From NCBI RefSeq assembly GCF_000012805.1, contig NC_007484.1:3390001-3422000 (forward strand): 32,000 nucleotides of DNA, given 5' to 3'. The notes beneath the pieces are model-generated. The model worked only from the letters and a program-made list of their open reading frames with translations, searched no databases and was not told the DNA's origin. Both the position numbers and the translations under genes were made by a program. The stretch's first letter is position 1; each line of letters begins with the position of its first letter. Shown in pieces: positions 9,563 through 19,382 of this stretch. Origin of the DNA: Nitrosococcus oceani ATCC 19707 (lineage in GTDB: Bacteria > Pseudomonadota > Gammaproteobacteria > Nitrosococcales > Nitrosococcaceae).

Positions 9563-9946
9563 ATGAAATTAAGGTGGTTAGTTTTAGCACCGTTATTATT
9601 TTCTACGGCTTCATTGAGCGATATGCTTGAAGATCGGGGTATTGTTCAATGGGACGTTGATTCAAGGAATTACTTAGAATGTTCTGAGAAAAATATGTTC
9701 TTGAGAATACTCTGTGAGCCAGTTGAGTTTATCGGCAATATGGGGGCTCGCTGGCCCATCAATATTCTTGAAGAAGGCGGATTTAGCGCAATAGATTGGG
9801 GGCATACTGCAGGAGATAAAGTTCCCGTATTAGGCCATATTTTAGGCGGAGCAGTAGGGCTGGGGGTAGGTGCCTTTAAGGGTGTAGGAGAAGGCTTCAT
9901 TTATTCATTTCCAGCAGTGATTGAAAAACCGGGGATAATCGATTAA
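9563..9946 (+). CDS. hypothetical small exported protein with a Gly-rich C-terminal segment
   Basis: The 127-aa product has an N-terminal signal peptide (MKLRWLVLAPLLFSTASLS), two Cys, and the stretch GHILGGAVGLGVGAFKGVGEGFIYSFPAV. An aaggt Shine-Dalgarno-like sequence lies upstream. It is an orphan in an AT-rich context. Confidence 0.6.
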   Translation: MKLRWLVLAPLLFSTASLSDMLEDRGIVQWDVDSRNYLECSEKNMFLRILCEPVEFIGNMGARWPINILEEGGFSAIDWGHTAGDKVPVLGHILGGAVGLGVGAFKGVGEGFIYSFPAVIEKPGIID

Positions 9947-10558
9947 AAAAATGGATTGCGCTTGAGTTCTGTACGTTAAAGGGATGGGATCATACTTGAG
10001 GCGCTCTTTTCCGAAGCAGGAAGATTATTCATTTAGTTGACTGTGCCGGTTCGATCTCAGAAAATCCCGTAGGGATCAAACCCTTTATAAATTTAGTGGT
10101 AGCATTTGCTACTGACATTGGGCAGCTGGCTGGCATACTGCATACGTTCAGCTTTCATGCCGTAACAAATATGGTGCTTGAGATCGGGGACCTAGCTACA
10201 CTGGTGCCCTTGGCAGTCCCATAGGTTTTTTTGACTAGCATCGAACAGGCCGCCGGCATTTCACCTAACACCTAAATTTGTAAGCTAACGGCCATCAAGG
10301 TTAGTTGGGGTCAGTTTGGAGTTTGGTGATCGAGCAACCCTTCTTTAATTATGAAGCATTGAGCGGGATTTAAGACTATCAAATCGCTCCATGAAATGCT
10401 CGCTTCCATTAGCATATCTTTTTTTTAATTTATAGCTAAGAACCTATTTTATTAAAAACTCCTTTGCCATTTGCTAAAATTTTATTCACTAGAAAAACTC
10501 AGCGATCTCCAAAGCTTTTCTCGCAGGTAAAAAGTTGTTTGCATGAGGTCCTCTCTAT

Positions 10559-11632
10559 TCACTCCTCATAGGTATGATACGGCACACTCAGTTCATGGAC
10601 CGCATCCACAAGGGCCGCTACTTTCTCAGGCATCACCGTAGGATGTATGCCATGCCCAAGGTTAAAAACGTGGCCGCTACCAGCACCATAAGCTTTAATG
10701 ATTTCGCTTGCCTCCTGGCGTACCCGTTCGCTGGAGGCATAAAGCACGCAAGGGTCCATATTCCCTTGCAAGGCGACTTGTTTTCCTACCTGCATTCGCG
10801 CTTTAGCAAGGTCCACAGTCCAATCAACCCCTAAGGCATCACAGCCCGTCCCAGCCATTGTTTCCAACCAAAGCCCTCCCCCTTTGGTGAATAAAATTAC
10901 CGGTACTTGACGGCCTTCATTCTCCCGGACTACGCCTTCCACAATCCTGGCCATATAAGAGAGAGAGAAGTCCCGATAATCACGGTGACTTAACGCTCCA
11001 CCCCAAGTATCGAAGAGCATCACGGCCTGGGCACCCGCTGCTATCTGGGCATTAAGATAGACTGTAACAGCCTGGGCAAGAATTTCTAGTAGGTGATGCA
11101 TTACTTGAGGATGCTCAAACATTAGTCCCTTGATTAGGGCAAAATCTTTGCTTGATCCCCCTTCCACCATATAGCACGCTAAGGTCCAGGGACTGCCAGA
11201 AAAACCGATGAGAGGCACGCGCCCATCCAGCTCTCTTCGGGTTAACCGCAGAGCTTCCATGACATAACTTAAATCCGATTCTGGATCTGGAACTCCAAGG
11301 GCAGAGACTTGGTTTTTAGTTCTTACCGGCCGTTCAAAACGAGGCCCTTCACCTTTGGAAAAATACAATCCCAACCCCATGGCATGCGGAATGGTGAGGA
11401 TATCGGAAAAAATAATAGCAGCATCCAGGTCAAAGCGACGCAGCGGTTGCAGGGTCACTTCGCAAGCTAGCTCTGGCGTTGTACATAAGGTCAAAAAATC
11501 CCCAGCTTTAGCACGCACTTCCCGATATTCCGGGAGATAACGCCCCGCCTGGCGCATAATCCAAATCGGGGTTCGATCCACCGGCTGCCGCAACAGTGCC
11601 CGGAGAAAACGATCATTTTTTAACTCAGCCAT
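10559..11632 (-). CDS. hemE: uroporphyrinogen decarboxylase
   Basis: [32 protein letters not shown] is the classic HemE N-terminus. The 357-aa length fits. Confidence 0.95.
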   Translation of the reverse strand: MAELKNDRFLRALLRQPVDRTPIWIMRQAGRYLPEYREVRAKAGDFLTLCTTPELACEVTLQPLRRFDLDAAIIFSDILTIPHAMGLGLYFSKGEGPRFERPVRTKNQVSALGVPDPESDLSYVMEALRLTRRELDGRVPLIGFSGSPWTLACYMVEGGSSKDFALIKGLMFEHPQVMHHLLEILAQAVTVYLNAQIAAGAQAVMLFDTWGGALSHRDYRDFSLSYMARIVEGVVRENEGRQVPVILFTKGGGLWLETMAGTGCDALGVDWTVDLAKARMQVGKQVALQGNMDPCVLYASSERVRQEASEIIKAYGAGSGHVFNLGHGIHPTVMPEKVAALVDAVHELSVPYHTYEE

Positions 11633-11672
11633 GGGTAATAATCACTCCATTAAATCAAGACCCTAGAGCATT

Positions 11673-12173
11673 TCAGGAATGGTGCTCCAAAACATTAGCT
11701 TTGGCGAGGATAGCATCAGCCATGGCTTGGCGATCCGAAAGAAGACGCTGAGCTAGAGCGGTATCTGTGATTCCTAAAATTTGGGCTGCCAAATAAGCGG
11801 CGTTTTTTGCCCCCGCTTTACCAATAGCCACACAAGCCACGGGAACGCCTCCGGGCATCTGTACCGTAGACAATAAAGCGTCCATCCCCTTTAATGGCCC
11901 CCCCTCCATGGGCACCCCAATTACCGGCTTTAGGGTATTGGCGGCAACAGCGCCGGCAAGATGAGCTGCTAACCCAGCCGCAGCAATAAACACCCCACAG
12001 CCACGGGCATCCGCTTCTTTGACATAATGGGCGGTAGCCTCTGGAGTTCGGTGGGCAGAACTGATCCGCACCTCAAAAGGCACTTCTAATGTTTTTAATA
12101 CGTCCAAGGTAGTCTGCATAATAGGTAAATCCGATTCCGATCCCATCAGCACGGCAACAAAGGGGTTGTTCAT
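11673..12173 (-). CDS. purE: N5-carboxyaminoimidazole ribonucleotide mutase
   Basis: VAVLMGSESDLPIM, SAHRTP and AAGLAAHLAG are PurE motifs. No purK lies adjacent. Confidence 0.95.
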   Translation of the reverse strand: MNNPFVAVLMGSESDLPIMQTTLDVLKTLEVPFEVRISSAHRTPEATAHYVKEADARGCGVFIAAAGLAAHLAGAVAANTLKPVIGVPMEGGPLKGMDALLSTVQMPGGVPVACVAIGKAGAKNAAYLAAQILGITDTALAQRLLSDRQAMADAILAKANVLEHHS

Positions 12174-12222
12174 CTATAATCCTCTTACAAAATAAAAACT
12201 TAACTCTATCTTAACAGGGAGT

Positions 12223-14574
12223 TCAACCTTTGGCTTTCTTCCGGGTTCCGGCTTTGCGGCGCGCCCGTTTCACTGGTGCTTCATTGATAAGGGCTTGCGC
12301 CTGCTCCAGACTAAGTGCCTCAGGTGCTTGCTCCTTGGGAACCCGGGCATTGCGCTCACCATCAGTTACATAAGGTCCGTAGCGTCCATTGAGCACTTGA
12401 ATCCCGCTGTCGGGAAAGACCTTAATCACCCGATTGGCATCAGCCTGTTTCTTCTCCTCGATAAGCGCTAACGCCCGTTCCAAAGAAATAGTATGGGGAT
12501 CTTCTCCCCGCAGAGAAACATATTTATTATCGTATTTCACATAAGGCCCAAAACGCCCAACATTAACGCTAACCTGTTCGCCCCCTGGCGTAAACCCCAG
12601 CTCTCGCGGTAACTTAAACAATGTCAGCGCTTCTTCTAAGGTAATAGCATCCATTTTTTGGCCTGGCTGCAAACCGGCAAAACGGGGCTTTTCTTCATCC
12701 TCTTTGGAACCAATCTGGATATAAGGCCCATAACGCCCCATGCGCACCGATACCGGACGACTGCTTTGGGGATCAATTCCTAATTCCCTGGCTTGAACAG
12801 CTTCTTCCCGGCTAACGTTTTGTTCTTTTTCTTGTATCCGTGCAGAAAATGGTCCCCAAAATTCCTCCAGCACCGGAATCCAGACTTTCTCCCCGCGGGA
12901 AACGGCATCTAGCTCATCTTCTAAGCGAGCGGTAAAATCATAGTCCACATAGGAATTAAAATGCTCTGTCAGAAAGCGGTTAACGACCCGTCCCACATCC
13001 GTTGGCTGGAAACGTTTATTTTCCAACACAGCGTAATCCCGCTGCTGGAGAGTTGAAATAATAGTGGCATAAGTAGAAGGCCGCCCAATACCGAATTCTT
13101 CCAAGGCACGTACCAAACTGGCTTCAGTATAACGGGGCGGTGGCTCGGTGAAATGCTGCTCCGGGCGTATCTGTAAGAGGGTTACTCTATCTCCTTCCTT
13201 CATGGGGGGCAACTTCCGCTGTTCCTCTTCTCCTTTGATATCATCCCGTCCTTCCTGATATACGGCCATAAAACCGGGATCAACCACCGTAGAACCCGTA
13301 GCTCGAAAAATATGACCGCTAGCACTATTGCCCCCCTCTGGGGCTAATTTCTGCGTATTTAAATCTACTGCCACAGTATCGATAGTGGCATGCTTCATCT
13401 GGCAAGCAATCGTGCGGCGCCAGATAAGTTGATAAAGCTTGAACTGTTCGGGTTTTAGGTGGGGTTTGAGCGCCTCGGGAACCCGATATACCGACGTAGG
13501 CCGGACAGCTTCATGGGCCTCTTGAGCATTCTTGGCCCGAGTTTTAAAGGTTCTCGGTTTAGCCGGTAAGCCACTTTGACCAAACCGCTCTGTAATAAAA
13601 TTGCGAATTTCCCCCACGGCCTCATTCGCCAAATTAACCGAATCAGTCCGCATATAAGTAATCAGGCCTATCGCTCCATCCCCGATATCAACCCCTTCAT
13701 AAAGCTGTTGGGCTACACTCATAGTCCGCTTAGTAGAAAAACCAAGCTTACGGGAGGCCTCCTGCTGTAACGTAGAAGTAATGAAGGGTGCCGCCGGATT
13801 GCGACGACGCTGCTTACGCTCTACCTTAATCACCCGCAACTCGCCTGATGCCGCCTTGGTCAGCCGATCCACGAGCGCCAAAGCTTGATCCTTACTTTCA
13901 ATATCAAACTGGGCTAATTTCTTACCATCCAAATGGGTTAGTTTGGCAACAAACTCTTGCTTGGACGCCGCTGCATCTGCCTCCAACGTCCAATACTCTC
14001 GAACTTTAAAGGCGTCTATCTCTTTTTCCCGCTCGCAGATTAAACGCAGTGCCGGGCTTTGCACTCGCCCAGCAGAGAGACCGCGGCGAATTTTTTTCCA
14101 GAGCAACGGAGAGAGATTAAACCCTACCAGATAATCTAAAGCGCGCCGTGCCTGCTGGGCATTAACCAAATCCAAGGAAATATCACGAGGATGAGCGACA
14201 GCCTCGTTAACCGCCTGTGAGGTAATTTCGTAGAACACTACTCGCTGGATAGCTTTATCCTCCAAGACCCCCTCCTCCTTAAGAAGCTCGAGAAGGTGCC
14301 AAGAAATCGCCTCCCCTTCCCTATCTGGATCAGTGGCCAGAAGAAGAAAATCAGCACTTTTCAATGCCTTGGCAATAGCATTCACATGGCGGCCATTCTT
14401 TTCAATGGCCTGATACTTCATTTTAAACCCATGCTCAGGATCGACCGCGCCCTCCTTGGGCATCAAATCCCGCACATGTCCATAGGAAGCCAGCACTTCA
14501 AAGTTTTTCCCCAAATATTTCTTAATAGTTTTAGCTTTGGCTGGGGACTCCACAACAACCACATTTTTACTCAT
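12223..14574 (-). CDS. topA: DNA topoisomerase I (type IA)
   Basis: It has a Toprim N-terminus (VVVESPAKAKTIKKYLG, DPDREGEAI) and the active-site region GLITYMRTDS. The C-terminal domain has three G-R-[YF]-G-P-Y repeats and a basic tail. Confidence 0.95.
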   Translation of the reverse strand: MSKNVVVVESPAKAKTIKKYLGKNFEVLASYGHVRDLMPKEGAVDPEHGFKMKYQAIEKNGRHVNAIAKALKSADFLLLATDPDREGEAISWHLLELLKEEGVLEDKAIQRVVFYEITSQAVNEAVAHPRDISLDLVNAQQARRALDYLVGFNLSPLLWKKIRRGLSAGRVQSPALRLICEREKEIDAFKVREYWTLEADAAASKQEFVAKLTHLDGKKLAQFDIESKDQALALVDRLTKAASGELRVIKVERKQRRRNPAAPFITSTLQQEASRKLGFSTKRTMSVAQQLYEGVDIGDGAIGLITYMRTDSVNLANEAVGEIRNFITERFGQSGLPAKPRTFKTRAKNAQEAHEAVRPTSVYRVPEALKPHLKPEQFKLYQLIWRRTIACQMKHATIDTVAVDLNTQKLAPEGGNSASGHIFRATGSTVVDPGFMAVYQEGRDDIKGEEEQRKLPPMKEGDRVTLLQIRPEQHFTEPPPRYTEASLVRALEEFGIGRPSTYATIISTLQQRDYAVLENKRFQPTDVGRVVNRFLTEHFNSYVDYDFTARLEDELDAVSRGEKVWIPVLEEFWGPFSARIQEKEQNVSREEAVQARELGIDPQSSRPVSVRMGRYGPYIQIGSKEDEEKPRFAGLQPGQKMDAITLEEALTLFKLPRELGFTPGGEQVSVNVGRFGPYVKYDNKYVSLRGEDPHTISLERALALIEEKKQADANRVIKVFPDSGIQVLNGRYGPYVTDGERNARVPKEQAPEALSLEQAQALINEAPVKRARRKAGTRKKAKG

Positions 14575-14584
14575 TGACTATCCT

Positions 14585-14614
14585 CTGAAAACTCAAAGCC
14601 CGCAGAACGCGGGC
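14585..14614 (-). terminator. candidate intrinsic terminator or attenuator between smg and topA
   Basis: On the minus strand the sequence is GCCCGC-gttct-GCGGGC (14598-14614), followed by tttgagttttcag. This is a 6-bp GC stem plus an interrupted T tract. Confidence 0.4.
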
Positions 14615-14678
14615 ATCAAGCAAACTCATAAGGCTAGTTCCCGCACGCTCTCGGCGCGAGGCCAAGCAAACCCAAGCA

Positions 14679-15158
14679 TCAATGCAGAAGATCGCTGACC
14701 TCATCAAAGACCAAATCTTCCATCCAGGCGTAGGCCGCCTCCTGTCCTGGCTGATGGGATAACACCATCAGAATAACCCACTTAAGATGTTCCAAGTCAA
14801 AATCTTCCGCCTCTAGCGCCATCACTCGATCAATAATTAATTCCCGTGTCATAGAATCCAACACGCCAACTTGTTCTAAAAATAACAGAAAACCACGGCA
14901 TTCCGTGTCTAATTTCTCTTTTTCGTGCAGCGTAAAGATGCGAATCGATGAGTTGGTCACCGGAAACCGCCGTGGCTCGCTTTGCTGCAACAAGGCCAGT
15001 CCTTCCAACCAATCAAACGCCTTTCCTATTTCCGCATGGTGAAAACCCGCCTCTGTCAGCTCTACTTCCAATGATTCCTTCGTGGGCTGAGACTCAACCT
15101 CGCTATCCATATAGTTCTGAAATAGGTACATCAACACATCGAGCACATTTTCTTTCAT
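14679..15158 (-). CDS. smg: Smg (DUF494) protein
   Basis: MKENVLDVLMYLFQNYMD matches the Smg N-terminus. Its start overlaps the dprA stop by 4 nt (ATGA), as in the conserved dprA-smg-topA arrangement. Confidence 0.9.
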   Translation of the reverse strand: MKENVLDVLMYLFQNYMDSEVESQPTKESLEVELTEAGFHHAEIGKAFDWLEGLALLQQSEPRRFPVTNSSIRIFTLHEKEKLDTECRGFLLFLEQVGVLDSMTRELIIDRVMALEAEDFDLEHLKWVILMVLSHQPGQEAAYAWMEDLVFDEVSDLLH

Positions 15159-16261
15159 GATTGGCCCTCTTTACCGCATCGGAGGTAGCGTCCTCCAGGC
15201 AATGCCGTGATGCGGCCTTGTAACTCTAATATTAAAAGCATGGAGGAAACCGCTTCTGCCGTCAATCCACAACGCTCAACTAAGAGATCTATGGGAAGAG
15301 GATCATAACCTAAGCAATCCAGTAGAAGTTGATATTCCAGATCATCGGTTGATGCCTCTATTTTTTGGGGCGCTTCCTGGCATTGGAGGTTTGGTATTGC
15401 GCCTGCCAAAGATCCCAATTCCTCCCAAATATCTTGGGCGGCTTCCACTAGCTTGGCACCCTCTCGGATAAGATGATGACAGCCCCGGGCGAGGGGGTTA
15501 TGGATAGAACCAGGGATAGCAAATATCTCCCGCCCCTGTTCCGCGCCTAGGCGGGCTGTAATGAGAGAGCCACTTTGTAAAGCGGCTTCAACCACAAGAA
15601 TACCCCAGCTAAGGCCGCTGATAAGCCGGTTACGGCGTGGGAAATTCTGAGGTAACGGAGGAGTTCCAATGGGGAACTCTGATACTAATGCCCCGCTCTC
15701 GGCAATGGCATGAGCCAAGGCATGATGACGGGCCGGATAAACTCTGTCTAGCCCGGTTCCCGCCACAGCTATCGTCGCCGCTTTTGCAGCTAGCGCTCCC
15801 TCATGGGCGGCAGCATCAATACCAAGCGCCAGCCCGCTACTAATAACTAAACCTGAATTGGCCAGATAGGTAGCAAACTGCGCAGCAGTTTCAGCCCCCG
15901 CAGGGGAAGGATTGCGGCTGCCCACAATTGCTAGTTGGGGTAAAGAGAGCAAGGACGGATCACCATGGACGAATAAGATGGGAGGCGGGTCGGGAATCTC
16001 CCGCAGTAGCGGCGGATATCCTGGATCGGCCAAAGTGAGCAAATAATGGTCTGGCTGCTCCAGCCATTTTAGATCCTGCTCTACCGCTTTCCAATCAGGT
16101 TGCCGCAAATAATGCTGGATTCCATCGCTAAGGCCCGCCAGCCTTTCCGGGGAAGTAAATAAGGCAGTCGGCGAGCCATATTTCTCCAAGAGGCGGCAAA
16201 AACTGACACTGCCGACACCAGGAGCGCGGTGCAAGGCGAGCCAGTAGGCTCGTTCATCCAT
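15155..16261 (-). CDS. dprA: DNA-processing protein DprA (Smf)
   Basis: The Rossmann-like core reads AIVGSRNPSPAG...VISSGLALGIDAAAHEGAL...VAGTGLDRVYPARH, and FPRRNRLISGLS is also present. The 368-aa length fits. Confidence 0.93.
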   Translation of the reverse strand: MDERAYWLALHRAPGVGSVSFCRLLEKYGSPTALFTSPERLAGLSDGIQHYLRQPDWKAVEQDLKWLEQPDHYLLTLADPGYPPLLREIPDPPPILFVHGDPSLLSLPQLAIVGSRNPSPAGAETAAQFATYLANSGLVISSGLALGIDAAAHEGALAAKAATIAVAGTGLDRVYPARHHALAHAIAESGALVSEFPIGTPPLPQNFPRRNRLISGLSWGILVVEAALQSGSLITARLGAEQGREIFAIPGSIHNPLARGCHHLIREGAKLVEAAQDIWEELGSLAGAIPNLQCQEAPQKIEASTDDLEYQLLLDCLGYDPLPIDLLVERCGLTAEAVSSMLLILELQGRITALPGGRYLRCGKEGQS

Positions 16262-16272
16262 GGAGCTATGGT

Positions 16273-17310
16273 TTATGGATTACGAACAACATCATACACA
16301 TGAATGGCCCGCTCCGCCCCCATCATCAACCCATAGCTGATATGATTAAAAGCACGAAAAACCATGATCACCCCTGCTCGTTCATCAGGTAACCGAACCT
16401 TGTCCTCCGGTAAACGGCTGATAGGATCACGCACAACTCTGCCTGCCTGGTATACGGCAAGCACCGTCCCTTTTTCCATGCCATCCTCAACACCTAAATT
16501 CAACGCCACAGCCTGATACTGGCCAATTTGGGAGACTCCATCTATCACAGCGATAATTTTGCCTTCTACGGGAGTCGGTGATGCGTGAGGTAAAAAATGC
16601 TGCTCAAATTCCAAATCACTTGTTGGCAAGAGACGATCACCGACTAATATCTCCCGGGTAGAGTTTTGAATACTCAGGATAGCGGGATCACCAAACCGCT
16701 GTATATTAGCATCGGCAATAAAAAGAGCCTCATAACCTAAAATTTTAGAGGGATGATCTGGATCGCGATAGACTTCCCCTCCACGGTAAATCCCATATCT
16801 TATTATAGCCGACTTGCTTAGACCGCGGACATAAATTTCATCTCCTGCTCCTAAAATCAAACGCTCTTCAGTTCCCGCTACTACATAGGGAGCATTATCC
16901 AAAGTCTCTTTACTGACTACTCGGGGATGCAACAAGAACTGCTGAATAGCATCAATAGGAATGGTGGGAATCGCCTTCTCTAGCTTGCTGGTTCGAACCG
17001 CCGGCGACATCTTATAACTAGGAAGTCCTCGCTGAAGCTCCAATACAGGGTCACCATTTTCACGGTAGCTTAAAAAAATAATATCGCCAGGGTAGATCAA
17101 GTGAGGATTATTAATTTGCTGATTAACCTGCCAAATATCCGGCCAACGCCAGGGATCTCGTAAAAAGCGGCCTGCAATATCCCACAGGGTATCGTCACGA
17201 ACTACCTCATAGCGTTGGGGGGCATCTGGATTAAGGGTAACCGGCTCTCCCCAAACACTACTTGTCATAGCGTATAAAAACATGATACTTATTAATTTTT
17301 TAAGATTCAT
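16273..17310 (-). CDS. LysM peptidoglycan-binding protein, TsaP-like
   Basis: I trimmed it to the ATG at 17310 (MNLKKLISIMFLYAMTSSVWG signal peptide); the track start is a TTG. The LysM domain reads YEVVRDDTLWDIAGRFLRDPWRWPDIWQVNQQINNPHLIYPGDII. The position between dprA and def matches the TsaP locus I recall from Pseudomonas and Neisseria. Confidence 0.8.
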   Translation of the reverse strand: MNLKKLISIMFLYAMTSSVWGEPVTLNPDAPQRYEVVRDDTLWDIAGRFLRDPWRWPDIWQVNQQINNPHLIYPGDIIFLSYRENGDPVLELQRGLPSYKMSPAVRTSKLEKAIPTIPIDAIQQFLLHPRVVSKETLDNAPYVVAGTEERLILGAGDEIYVRGLSKSAIIRYGIYRGGEVYRDPDHPSKILGYEALFIADANIQRFGDPAILSIQNSTREILVGDRLLPTSDLEFEQHFLPHASPTPVEGKIIAVIDGVSQIGQYQAVALNLGVEDGMEKGTVLAVYQAGRVVRDPISRLPEDKVRLPDERAGVIMVFRAFNHISYGLMMGAERAIHVYDVVRNP

Positions 17311-17539
17311 TGGCTTCTCTGAATAAATCTTAGCGGAGTCCAACGACAACTGTGGGCCGAAAGAAGGCGCTCATCCTCAGCGGCCCAGTAGCACCGTTAC
17401 CGAAACATCAAGTATTATGGCGACATGGAACCTTTGTACTTTAGCATTGCCAAAAAGTAGTAATGGCATGAAGATTACCCACATTACGAAAAAGTAACAA
17501 AAGACGTTAATTTTTATCCTAATTTTTGGTTAAAGACCT

Positions 17540-18043
17540 ATGGCGATACTGAACATACTGCATTACCCAGATCCCCGATTGCGGCGGAAAGCCCAACCTG
17601 TGGCTGCCGTTGATAAATCCATAAAAAAGCTTGCCGATGATATGCTGGAAACGATGTATCAGGCTCCAGGTATTGGACTTGCGGCAGTTCAAGTCAATGT
17701 TCCTAAACAGGTAGTAGTTATTGACATTTCCGAGGATAAATCCTCTCCGCTAGTTCTCATCAATCCTGAAATTGTGGCGCGGCAAGGAAAAGCTGAAAGC
17801 GAGGAAGGATGTCTATCAGTACCTGAAATCTTTGAGCCAGTTACCAGGGCTGCGGAAATTACTGTCCACTACTTAGACCGTGAGGGTCAAAAACAAGAAC
17901 TCCAAACCCAGGAGCTGCTCGCTACCTGCATTCAGCATGAGCTAGATCACCTGGAAGGAAAGCTTTTTATCGATTATTTCTCTACTCTCAAACGTCAGCG
18001 TATCCGGAAAAAAGCGGAAAAACGGCAGCGTCTATCCGCCTAA
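17540..18043 (+). CDS. def: peptide deformylase
   Basis: All three deformylase motifs are present: [14 protein letters not shown] and QHELDHL. Confidence 0.95.
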   Translation: MAILNILHYPDPRLRRKAQPVAAVDKSIKKLADDMLETMYQAPGIGLAAVQVNVPKQVVVIDISEDKSSPLVLINPEIVARQGKAESEEGCLSVPEIFEPVTRAAEITVHYLDREGQKQELQTQELLATCIQHELDHLEGKLFIDYFSTLKRQRIRKKAEKRQRLSA

Positions 18044-18392
18044 AACCGTTTAAAGTAGCGATTTTGTGCTAGAAAGCCGATGGCTTGCTTGCGAGGTGTA
18101 GTGTATAAGTGCTTGGATGAGACTTTGCAAAGGTTACTTCGACCTCACATAGGTTCGTGCTCAAGAACAGTTTTAAAACCGCTTCTTAATTGAGGTAAAG
18201 GGTAACCCTCTATCTTCCCCCAGAATCTTCTTTCTTAATTGCTAGGGCCAACACCTTCTTAAGTTAGGCGCCAGGAAGGATAAAACGCAATTTTGGCTTT
18301 GTTGCATGCTAGGCGCTACCTGTATAGCCAAAAGTCAATAAATTAGCCCTACTCATCAACGTTACTACATTACCTAACGCAGATAATTCATC

Positions 18393-19364
18393 ATGGCTGC
18401 ACCGCCACATATCCTTTTCGCTGGAACACCGGTATTTGCCGCTATCATCCTACGCCGACTCCTTGAGGCCAAGTATCATATCGGGGCTGTTTATACTCAA
18501 CCTGATCGCCCCAGCGGCCGAGGACGGCGGCCCACCCCAAGCCCAGTTAAAGACATCGCTATAACTCACCAGCTCCCCCTTTACCAACCGGCCACTCTAA
18601 AAGATAAGGGCTCCCAGGCTCAGCTTGCGGCACTGGCCCCAGATCTTATGGTTGTCGCTGCCTATGGTCTTATTCTGCCTGCAACGGTGCTTCAAATCCC
18701 CCCGCTAGGATGCATCAACGTCCACGCTTCCTTGCTGCCTCGCTGGCGTGGGGCTGCCCCCATTCAACGCGCCTTACTGGCCGGAGACAAGGTAACAGGC
18801 ATTAGCATTATGCAAATGGACGCAGGCTTGGATACGGGCCCGGTGGTTCATACCGCCCGTTACCCTATACATCCAAAAGATACCGCTGCTACGGTCCATG
18901 ACCAACTTGCCGAACTAGGAGCCGAAGCTTTACTGCAGTGCCTGCCTTCCTTGCTCGAAAAGAAAGCAAACATCGCTACTCTTCAGGACGAAAGCCAGGC
19001 ATGCTATGCGCCCAAAATCCGCAAGGAAGAAGCCTGGCTCGATTGGTCTCAACCGGCAGTACTCCTTGAACGCCAGGTACGAGCCTTTAATCCTTGGCCC
19101 GTAGCGCAAACCCAGATCGGGGGGAAAACTTTGCGGGTATGGTCAGCGGCGGCTCTCGCTCAAACGGCCAACGCCCTACCTGGTACTCTCTTAGCAGTCC
19201 ATAAAACAGGAATCGATGTAGCTACCGGCAACGGCACCTTGCGCCTGCTTGAAGTGCAGTTAGCAGGTAAACGAGTCATGACAGTCCAAGATTATCTCAA
19301 TGCCCATACCCTCACTCCAGGTATCGTACTGGTAAAAAATCCAGGCAAAGCCAAATCACCTTAA
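18393..19364 (+). CDS. fmt: methionyl-tRNA formyltransferase
   Basis: ILFAGTPVFAA, INVHASLLPRWRGAAPIQRA and the 323-aa length match Fmt. Confidence 0.95.
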   Translation: MAAPPHILFAGTPVFAAIILRRLLEAKYHIGAVYTQPDRPSGRGRRPTPSPVKDIAITHQLPLYQPATLKDKGSQAQLAALAPDLMVVAAYGLILPATVLQIPPLGCINVHASLLPRWRGAAPIQRALLAGDKVTGISIMQMDAGLDTGPVVHTARYPIHPKDTAATVHDQLAELGAEALLQCLPSLLEKKANIATLQDESQACYAPKIRKEEAWLDWSQPAVLLERQVRAFNPWPVAQTQIGGKTLRVWSAAALAQTANALPGTLLAVHKTGIDVATGNGTLRLLEVQLAGKRVMTVQDYLNAHTLTPGIVLVKNPGKAKSP

Positions 19365-19382
19365 CTCACCAAAATACTGGCT

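Noticed and set aside
10040-10090. T-arm-like motif (minus strand agggtttgatccct, and ggttcgatc on the plus strand) that might indicate a tRNA or tRNA-fragment att site
   Set aside because: The flanks do not form an acceptor, D or anticodon stem, and the stems around the TTCGA-like loops are not complementary. It is not a tRNA gene or a convincing tRNA 3' fragment.
11673-12173. purE without an adjacent purK
   Set aside because: Unlinked purE and purK genes occur in many genomes, so this is not informative on its own.
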